Origin: Anaerolineae bacterium
GTDB taxonomy: Bacteria > Chloroflexota > Anaerolineae > B4-G1 > SLSP01
Reading direction: 5' to 3'
Length of the DNA: 56,035 bases
NCBI GenBank assembly: GCA_034437255.1
Contig: DAOTUH010000390.1
Span: 1 to 56,035 of the forward strand
This document shows, piece after piece, positions 1-5,888 of the stretch. Below the pieces are notes generated by a model, which was given only the letters and a program-made list of their open reading frames with translations, was not told the origin of the DNA and made no database searches. How positions within the stretch are numbered: the stretch's first letter is position 1; every line of letters begins with the position of its first letter. The position numbers and the translations under genes are program-made.

Positions 1-15
1 CCCCTCCAGCCAAAT

Positions 16-43
16 TTGACACATACCCTCTCCGTGTTACAGT
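16..43 (+). promoter_or_regulatory. putative sigma70-type promoter of zur-znuA (-35 TTGACA 16-21, 16-nt spacer, -10 TACAGT 38-43)
   Basis: Perfect -35 hexamer and a 4/6 -10 hexamer at proper spacing, immediately upstream of an AT-rich palindrome and of the zur start at 85. Confidence 0.4.
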
Positions 44-45
44 TG

Positions 46-68
46 TTATTGAAAAATTATTTCAATAA
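46..68. promoter_or_regulatory. Fur/Zur-box-like operator: perfect 9-bp inverted repeat TTATTGAAA-aatta-TTTCAATAA
   Basis: The arms 46-54 and 60-68 are exact reverse complements. The AT-rich TGAAA...TTTCA core resembles Zur boxes of the TGAAAATNATTTTCA type. It lies just downstream of the -10 and upstream of a Fur-family gene plus znuA. Confidence 0.5.
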
Positions 69-84
69 ATTGGATGGAGTGACG

Positions 85-507
85 ATGCGAGGATGGGAAG
101 AACGGCTGTCAGAAGCGGGGTATCGGATCACTGAACCTCGACAGGCGGTGATGACGGTGCTGCAGCAGACGGAGCGTCCGTTGAACCCCCAGGAGATCTT
201 TGATCGCGGGACGGACCTCCACGCCAAGTTGGGCCTGGTCACCGTCTACCGCACGCTGGAGCTCTTCGAGCAGTTTGACCTGGTGCGCCGCGTCCATCGC
301 GGCGAAGGGTGCCACGGCTATCTGCCCATTTCTCCGGGACACCGGCACGTGTTGGTCTGCCAGGTGTGCGGACGTGCGGTGGAGTTTGTTGGCAGCGATG
401 ATCTGGACACGCTGATCGCCCGCGTTGAGGCCCGGACGGATTTCCAGGTCGTGGATCATCTGTTACAGCTTTTCGGTCGCTGTCCAGAATGTCAGGAAGA
501 AAACTAG
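85..507 (+). CDS. zur: Fur-family metalloregulator, probably the zinc uptake regulator Zur
   Basis: Fur-family hallmarks are visible: winged helix 'RITEPRQAVMTVLQQ..PLNPQEIF', 'VTVYRTLELFEQFDLV', and metal sites 'CHGY', 'HRHVLVCQVCG' and the C-terminal 'CPEC'. The ORF track starts at 16, but the ATG at 85 has GGAG 5 nt upstream, and 16-68 is occupied by the promoter and operator. The Zur assignment rests on adjacency to znuA. Confidence 0.8.
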   Translation: MRGWEERLSEAGYRITEPRQAVMTVLQQTERPLNPQEIFDRGTDLHAKLGLVTVYRTLELFEQFDLVRRVHRGEGCHGYLPISPGHRHVLVCQVCGRAVEFVGSDDLDTLIARVEARTDFQVVDHLLQLFGRCPECQEEN

Positions 508-528
508 AGCGTGTAGGAGGCAAGGAAG

Positions 529-1431
529 ATGCAGCACAAGAGCTATTTGATAAGTCTCACATTGCTGCTAGCTATGGTGCTGGGGAGCTGTGGGTCGGCA
601 GACAATGCCGACGTTCGAGAAGGACCGCTCTCGGTCACCGTCAGCATCGTGCCGCAGGCGTACTTCGTAGAGCGCATCGGCGGGGAGCACGTCACCGTCA
701 ACGTGATGGTGGAGCCCGGCGCCAGTCCGGCGACCTACGAGCCGAAGCCCGAGCAGCTGGCGGCGCTGAGCGAGTCGGTGGCTTATTTCAGCATCGCCGA
801 CGCCAATCCAGACATGCGCATCGTCGACACGGCGGCGGACGTTGAGCGCTTGCCGATATCGGACCATGCTCATCACGACGAAGAGGCGCACGAGGAAGAG
901 CACGCGGATGAGGAGCATGAAGACGAGGAGCACGCCGAGGGCGCCCTCGATCCGCATATCTGGCTGTCGCCGGAACTGGTCAAGGTGCAGGCTCAGTCCA
1001 TCCACGACGCGCTCGTCGAGCTCGATCCGGAGCACGAGGCGGACTACGCCGTGAATCTGGAGGCCTTCCTCGCCGATCTCGACGCGCTGCAGACCGACAT
1101 CCATAAGACGCTTGCCGGGGTGGAGAATCGCGCGTTCATGGTCTTCCATCCGTCCTGGGGCTACTTCGCCGATGAGTTCAATCTGACGCAGATTCCCATT
1201 GAGGTCGGCGGGCAGGAGCCCAGCGCGCAGGAGCTGGCGGCGCTCATCGACGAGGCCCAGGAAGAGAACATCAAGGTGATCTTTGCTCAGCCGGAGTTCA
1301 GCACCAGCGCTGCGGAGACCATCGCCCAGAAAATTGGCGGCGAGGTGCTGCTCGTCAGTCCCCTGGCGCGGGATTGGCTGGCGAATCTACGGGACATCGC
1401 CGCGACCTTTGCCGACGTACTGGCGGAGTAG
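529..1431 (+). CDS. znuA: zinc ABC transporter substrate-binding lipoprotein (ZnuA/TroA family) with acidic His-rich loop
   Basis: Lipoprotein signal 'LLLAMVLGSCG'. Cluster-9 SBP motifs 'EPGASPATYEPKPEQ', 'DPHIWLSP' and 'FHPSWGYFA'. His/Asp/Glu loop 'DHAHHDEEAHEEEHADEEHEDEEH' (nt 859-942) typical of ZnuA. GGAGG lies 8 nt upstream of the ATG. Confidence 0.85.
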   Translation: MQHKSYLISLTLLLAMVLGSCGSADNADVREGPLSVTVSIVPQAYFVERIGGEHVTVNVMVEPGASPATYEPKPEQLAALSESVAYFSIADANPDMRIVDTAADVERLPISDHAHHDEEAHEEEHADEEHEDEEHAEGALDPHIWLSPELVKVQAQSIHDALVELDPEHEADYAVNLEAFLADLDALQTDIHKTLAGVENRAFMVFHPSWGYFADEFNLTQIPIEVGGQEPSAQELAALIDEAQEENIKVIFAQPEFSTSAAETIAQKIGGEVLLVSPLARDWLANLRDIAATFADVLAE

Positions 1432-1437
1432 GAGCAG

Positions 1438-1587
1438 TAACCATTTAGATTTGGGAGCACATAGGTGTAACGCACTTACGAATCGAAATAGACCGCTCTA
1501 CGGAGTTATCCAGGTATGGTTTAGCATATCCTGGCTTGTCAACTTCGGCGAAAGTGCGTTGCACCTCGGGAGACGAAACATATACTA
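1438..1587. repeat. family-A palindromic repeat element, copy 1 (core 1464-1565 closed by 14-nt inverted termini GGTGTAACGCACTT / AAGTGCGTTGCACC)
   Basis: About 150 nt align by eye at roughly 75-80% identity with 11351-11499, including both inverted termini and an internal 'CGGTTTAG / TTCGGCGAAAGTGCG' block. It sits exactly where znuC and the 5' part of znuB are missing. Confidence 0.7.
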
Positions 1588-1602
1588 ACTTGACAATGTT
1601 AA

Positions 1603-2001
1603 CTTCAAATCCCGGCGAATGAATTCGCGGCTTTCGCGCTGATCAAGAACGTGCCGGTCGATGCGGTCTATCTCGTGCTCATCTCCATGATCGCGCTGAC
1701 GGTCGTCATGCTGATGCGCGTGGTGGGGCTGATCATGGTTATCGCCATGCTGACCATTCCGGCCGCCATCAGCGGTCAGTTCACTCGTGACCTGAAGAAG
1801 ATGATGATATTTGCCAGTGGACTGGGCATGATCTTCACCACCGTTGGCCTCTGGCTTTCCTACGTCTGGAACCTCACCTCGGGCGCCTCCATCATCCTCG
1901 TTGCCGGCCTCGCCTATCTACTGAGCTTGTCTGTACGGACATTCTGGCAGCGCTCCTCCCTCAATCACGACGCCGCCACGTCCGAAGCAGCCCAGCCTTG
2001 A
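1603..2001 (+). pseudogene. znuB: 3' remnant of the zinc ABC permease gene (ZnuB/ABC-3 family), about the C-terminal third only
   Basis: The frame is open from 1603. 'FAAFALIKNVPVDAVYLVLISMIALTVVMLMRVVGLIMVIAMLTIPAAISGQF..' matches only the last TM helices of ZnuB-type permeases. There is no ATG or RBS (the ORF track uses GTG 1651), and homology begins right after the repeat element. There is no ATPase gene (znuC) in the window. Confidence 0.65.
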
Positions 2002-2069
2002 CCCGCCATGTCTAACCGGCGTTTGTCATCACACATTTTTCATTTGTAATTTGTCATTGAGGAGTCTAT

Positions 2070-2546
2070 ATGCCCATTTACGAATACTACTGCCCGCATT
2101 GCCACGGACGCTATCGACATTTCGCCCGCCAACTGAATGCGCCGCCGCCCTCGTGCCCCCGGTGCGGCGCAGAGGATGTAGAGAAGCTGGTCTCGACGGT
2201 CAACACCACACGCTCCGAGTCCGAGCGCCGGGCGGCCTTTGATAAGCGGGCGCAGGCTGCGCGGGACGCCGACGTGCAGAGAGCTGCCCAGGTCTTGCAG
2301 GAAGGCGGCGCGTTGACCGACGAGGTCGCGCCCTTTGGCATGGATCGAGACGCTTTCCGCGCGATCGTGGAGCGGCGCGCGGCGGGCGCCACCGATGCGG
2401 AGCTCGAGGACGTGATCGACGCCATGTCGCTGCCGGAGCCGCCCGAGGGCGCGGCCCATGACCACGGTGAGCACGATCATCACCATCATCACGAGCACCA
2501 TCACGGTCATCGGCGCGATGCCGAGGACCTGGGGTGGGCGAAATGA
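2070..2546 (+). CDS. FmdB-family zinc-ribbon protein with C-terminal poly-His tail
   Basis: The N-terminus 'MPIYEYYCPHCHGRY...SCPRCGAEDVEKLVS' is the CxxC...CxxC FmdB signature. The tail is 'HDHGEHDHHHHHEHHHGH' (nt about 2454-2513). A strong RBS GAGGAG lies upstream. Confidence 0.8.
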   Translation: MPIYEYYCPHCHGRYRHFARQLNAPPPSCPRCGAEDVEKLVSTVNTTRSESERRAAFDKRAQAARDADVQRAAQVLQEGGALTDEVAPFGMDRDAFRAIVERRAAGATDAELEDVIDAMSLPEPPEGAAHDHGEHDHHHHHEHHHGHRRDAEDLGWAK

Positions 2547-2618
2547 GGAAGTTGGGTTTGTTTCCAGATAGTTCCCCGGTACAATGACTCGTACACGATA
2601 AGGAGAGATACATCGAAG

Positions 2619-4028
2619 ATGTCTGAACAAAACGTCGCGGCTGTACTGTTGGCAGCCGGCGGATCGAGCCGCTTTGGCGAGCCCAAGCAGCTTCTGTCCT
2701 GGGAAGGACGCCCACTGATCGCGCACACCGCCGATATTGCCTGGGCCGCCGGCCTGGCCCCAGTGGTTACCGTCGTTGGGGCGGAGGCCGAGCGTGTTGT
2801 CCCGTTGCTGGAAAGCCGGCCCGTCCAGGTGCTGCGCAACTATCGCTGGCAAGCGGGCATGAGCACGAGCATTCACGTCGGCTTGGCGGCCCTGCCGGGG
2901 GACGTGGAAGCCGCGATCTTTTTGCCCATTGATCAGCCGCGCGTCACGCCGCGCTTTCTGCAGGCCTTGGTGGCGCGGTGGCGAGCGTCCGGCGCGGACA
3001 TTGTGGTGCCCATCGCAGATAAGCGGCGCGGCGGTCCCGTGCTCTTCGGGCGACCTCTCTTTGCGGAGCTGGCCCAGCTCACCGGTGACGTCGGCGGGCG
3101 TGCGCTCTTCGAGACCTACCGTGAGCGCCTGGCGACGCTGCCCGTTGAGGATCCCGAAATATTGACAGACGTGGACACGCCCGAGGCATACACGCGCCTT
3201 CGCGCCGAGACCAGGCAACAGGAGCCCTGGGAGAGGTTGCATGCCATCCGCGCGCTCATCGTCGATATGGACGGCGTGCTCTGGCGCGGGGAGACGCCGC
3301 TGCCGGGGCTGCACGCCTTCTTCGACCTAATTCGAGAGCGCGACTTGCGCTACACGCTGATCACCAACAACTCGAGCCGCACACCGGAGGACTACGTCGC
3401 AAAACTGGCGCGGTTCGGCCTGGAGACCCCGGCTGAGCACATCTTGAACTCCGCGCTCGCTGCCGCCGACTATCTGGCGGAGCGGGCCGATCCGGGCGCC
3501 ACCGTCTTTCCCGTGGGTGGGCCCGGCGTGCGACAGGCGCTGCGTTCGCGTGGCTTCCGTCTGGTGGCGGACGGCAGCGCGGTGGAGTACGTCGTGGTTG
3601 GCTGGGACACCGACATGACGTGGGAGACCGTGGCCCAGGCGGCGTTGTTGATCCGGGACGGCGCGGGCTTTGTCGGCACGAACCCCGACCGCTCTTATCC
3701 CAGCGAGCGCGGCCTGGTGCCCGGCGCGGGCGCGCAGTTGGCCCTTTTGGAGACGGCCACCGACGTCAAACCGACCATCGCGGGCAAGCCCGAGCCCATC
3801 CTCTACCATCAGGCGTTGGCACGTATGGACGTGACGCCCGATGAGACGCTGGTCATCGGGGATCGTCTGGATACTGACCTTCTGGGGGGCGTGCGCCAGG
3901 GCATGGCGACGGCACTGCTACTCTCCGGTGTCCACCAACGGGCCGACCTCGCCGGTTCGCCCGTGCATCCCGATCTGGTATTTGAGAACTTAGCCGCTCT
4001 CGTGGATGCATGGCCTAACTGTGATTAA
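2619..4028 (+). CDS. fusion protein: MobA/MocA-like nucleotidyltransferase (N) + HAD-IIA (NagD-like) phosphatase (C)
   Basis: N-terminal part: 'AAVLLAAGGSSRFGEPKQLL..GRPLI', the MobA-like NTP-transferase P-loop. C-terminal part: 'LIVDMDGVLWRGETPLPG', 'ITNNSSRTPEDYVAKL' and 'IGDRLDTDLLGG', the HAD motifs I-III of subfamily IIA. RBS AAGGAGAG. Confidence 0.8.
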   Translation: MSEQNVAAVLLAAGGSSRFGEPKQLLSWEGRPLIAHTADIAWAAGLAPVVTVVGAEAERVVPLLESRPVQVLRNYRWQAGMSTSIHVGLAALPGDVEAAIFLPIDQPRVTPRFLQALVARWRASGADIVVPIADKRRGGPVLFGRPLFAELAQLTGDVGGRALFETYRERLATLPVEDPEILTDVDTPEAYTRLRAETRQQEPWERLHAIRALIVDMDGVLWRGETPLPGLHAFFDLIRERDLRYTLITNNSSRTPEDYVAKLARFGLETPAEHILNSALAAADYLAERADPGATVFPVGGPGVRQALRSRGFRLVADGSAVEYVVVGWDTDMTWETVAQAALLIRDGAGFVGTNPDRSYPSERGLVPGAGAQLALLETATDVKPTIAGKPEPILYHQALARMDVTPDETLVIGDRLDTDLLGGVRQGMATALLLSGVHQRADLAGSPVHPDLVFENLAALVDAWPNCD

Positions 4029-4038
4029 TCTTGACTGC

Positions 4039-4223
4039 ACTGAAATAACCATCAACCTCACGCAAAGGCGCCAAGAACGCAAAGGAAATTCATAGGAGGG
4101 TAAATTTTATTGATCTGAGTTGGTTTTACTGTTTATAAAAATAACAGGTAGCTTAAAAATCTTGGCGACTGTCCGACCTTTGGTCGGCGGCGGCTTTGCG
4201 TGAGGCACAACCTTTTTCAGTGG
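4039..4223. mobile_element. family-B MITE-like element, copy 1 (185 bp, about 30-bp imperfect terminal inverted repeats, AT-rich core)
   Basis: The left end CACTGAAATAACCATCAACCTCACGCAAAG matches the reverse complement of the right end CACTGAAAAAGGTTGTGCCTCACGCAAAG. It aligns along its length with 25098-25274. It has no coding capacity and lies in an intergenic gap. Confidence 0.6.
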
Positions 4224-4340
4224 AGTCAATTTGATAGTCAAAAACGATTATCTGTTTAGGCTTCTGAGGGGCAACGCACTTTGTCCGTAGTTAGCGCCTC
4301 GGAAACAAGCAGAACACACTCCGATGCCTCATCACTCAGG

Positions 4341-4368
4341 TTGACAATTCACTCATTCCCATTACGAT
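4341..4368 (+). promoter_or_regulatory. putative promoter of the PHP-domain gene (-35 TTGACA 4341-4346, 16-nt spacer, -10 TACGAT 4363-4368); transcript would be nearly leaderless
   Basis: Consensus -35 and a plausible -10. The ATG at 4378 is only 9 nt after the -10, and no Shine-Dalgarno is visible. Confidence 0.35.
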
Positions 4369-4377
4369 GGATAAGAT

Positions 4378-5439
4378 ATGGAAGCTTATCGAGAGTACGT
4401 TGGCAACCTCCATGCCCATACTGTCTATTCAGATGGTACGGCCCGGCACAAACATCTGGCCGAAGCCGCAGAAACTGCCGGGCTCGATTTTGTAATCACC
4501 ACCGATCACAATGTCTGGGTCCAGGGTGTCGAAGGCTATTATGGACCTGTGCTACTTTTGGTCGGAGAAGAGGTCCATAACAATCAGCGACACCCCCCGG
4601 CCAATCACCTGTTGGTGTATGGAGCCGAGCAAGAGATGGCACCTTATGCCTTTGGCAGCCCTCAAACCCTGATCGACAAGGTAACTGCGTGCGACGGCCT
4701 TTGCTTCATCGCCCACCCTGTGGAGAAGCGCGGCCTTCTTGGGGATGGCCTGGACGCCATCCCCTGGACTTCGTGGCCCATCCATGACGTGCACGGGCTG
4801 GAGATATGGAATTACATGTCGGAGTTCAAAGGCCTGCTCTGGTTTCTCCCCGTCGCGCTTATCTATGCACTGCGACCCGATTGGGGCATCCGAGGCCCTC
4901 ATAAAGCCACGCTACGCCTCTGGGATGAGTTATTGAGTAAAGGCATGCGTCTGGCAGCCCTGGGCGGCGCCGATGCGCACGCCCAGGAATATCGACGGGG
5001 GCCTTTCAAGCGCACCCTGTTTCCGTACCGGTATCTATTTCGCTGCGTGAACACTCACGTCCTCACAGCCAGTCCCTTAACCGGTAAACTCGACAAGGAT
5101 CGGCAGTTGATCTACGAAGCGATACGAGCCGGACACACCTGGGTTGGCTACGATCTCCCCCACCCCACCCGAGGCTTCCGATTCAACATTCGCAGCGGCG
5201 CGGCGCGCGTCACTGTTGGAGAGGAGCTCAAGCGGTTGGGAGCTCTGACGCTTACGGTCGAACTGCCGGCGAAAGGTGAAATTCACCTGCGCCGAGATCG
5301 TAAGGTTATCGCAAAAGAATCGGGCACTCAGCTGACCTATACATCAGCCGAGCCGGGCATCTACCGGGTTGAGGTTTACCGTCGCTTTCGAGGTCTTAAA
5401 GTAGGTTGGATTTTCTCCAGTCCTATCTACGTGTCCTGA
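4378..5439 (+). CDS. PHP-domain (CehA/McbA-like) metal-dependent phosphoesterase
   Basis: 'GNLHAHTVYSDGT', 'AGLDFVITTDHN', 'FIAHP' and 'LGGADAHA' are the His/Asp-rich PHP motifs. Confidence 0.75.
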   Translation: MEAYREYVGNLHAHTVYSDGTARHKHLAEAAETAGLDFVITTDHNVWVQGVEGYYGPVLLLVGEEVHNNQRHPPANHLLVYGAEQEMAPYAFGSPQTLIDKVTACDGLCFIAHPVEKRGLLGDGLDAIPWTSWPIHDVHGLEIWNYMSEFKGLLWFLPVALIYALRPDWGIRGPHKATLRLWDELLSKGMRLAALGGADAHAQEYRRGPFKRTLFPYRYLFRCVNTHVLTASPLTGKLDKDRQLIYEAIRAGHTWVGYDLPHPTRGFRFNIRSGAARVTVGEELKRLGALTLTVELPAKGEIHLRRDRKVIAKESGTQLTYTSAEPGIYRVEVYRRFRGLKVGWIFSSPIYVS

Positions 5440-5454
5440 TAAGGAACCCAACAA

Positions 5455-5488
5455 CAAAAAAGACCGACGCTCGCGTCGGTCTTTTTTT
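5455..5488. terminator. bidirectional intrinsic terminator between convergent PHP and ferredoxin genes
   Basis: AAAAAA-GACCGACG-ctcg-CGTCGGTC-TTTTTTT: a perfect 8-bp GC-rich stem flanked by an A-run and a T-run, so it reads as a terminator on both strands. Confidence 0.8.
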
Positions 5489-5507
5489 AGCGTTACCGTC
5501 AAACATA

Positions 5508-5774
5508 TCAAACAAGATCCTGCCCCGGGCCCTCCATGTAGAACGCAGCATTTTCTTCAATGTTGTCCAGGTATTCGTCAGGGACCTCATCCTCCGGGAA
5601 GATTGCCTCGTTGGGGCACTCAGCGTAACAAGCACCGCAATCAATGCAGGTGTCGGGGTCGATGTAGTAATTGGGCCATTCGGGATCATCCTCGACGAAA
5701 TGGATGGAGTCCGTGGGGCAAATCGGAGCACAGTCACCTGCACGTTCACAAAGATCGGTAATCACATAAGCCAT
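5508..5774 (-). CDS. ferredoxin (iron-sulfur cluster protein)
   Basis: 'MAYVITDLCERAGDCAPICPTDSI' and 'CIDCGACYAECPNEAI' are Cys cluster motifs typical of small bacterial ferredoxins. AGGAGG RBS upstream. Confidence 0.85.
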   Translation of the reverse strand: MAYVITDLCERAGDCAPICPTDSIHFVEDDPEWPNYYIDPDTCIDCGACYAECPNEAIFPEDEVPDEYLDNIEENAAFYMEGPGQDLV

Positions 5775-5824
5775 GCTGAACCTCCTGAAAATTAAAGGTG
5801 GATACTAAATTCTTTACCGAGATC

Positions 5825-5853
5825 ATTTTACATCTGTGGACGATCACTGTCAA
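5825..5853 (-). promoter_or_regulatory. promoter of the ferredoxin gene (minus strand: -35 TTGACA 5853-5848, 17-nt spacer, -10 TAAAAT 5830-5825)
   Basis: Consensus -35, ideal spacer and a 5/6 -10, about 50 nt upstream of the ferredoxin ATG. It lies only 35 nt downstream of the P1 stop. Confidence 0.55.
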
Positions 5854-5888
5854 GAGCTATTTTCAGATGGGCCTCCGCCTGGTGTCAC

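Noticed and set aside
16-84. N-terminal 23 codons of the 16-507 ORF
   Set aside because: This region contains a consensus -35, a -10 and a perfect palindromic operator. The ATG at 85 has a proper GGAG. Fur-family homology starts after residue 24 or so.
1283-1588. 101-aa plus-strand ORF running from the 3' part of znuA through the family-A element
   Set aside because: It is out of frame with znuA and runs through a non-coding palindromic repeat. The translation is low-complexity with no RBS.
2015-2069. Possible second Zur box upstream of the FmdB gene
   Set aside because: Only direct TTTGTCAT repeats and a single TGAAAAATG half-site on the opposite strand are present. There is no inverted repeat comparable to 46-68.
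2040-3314. 424-aa minus-strand ORF overlapping the FmdB and MobA/HAD genes
   Set aside because: It is antisense to two ORFs with clear family motifs. Its translation is Arg/Pro/Gly/Ala-rich low-complexity sequence, typical of spurious antisense frames in high-GC DNA. It has no RBS or recognisable motifs.
4268-4281. GGGGCAACGCACTT, a 13/14 match to the family-A left terminus, considered as a possible third copy
   Set aside because: Only 14 nt match convincingly, and no right-hand terminus or internal homology is found downstream. It is too short to distinguish a remnant from chance, so it is mentioned only as a note.
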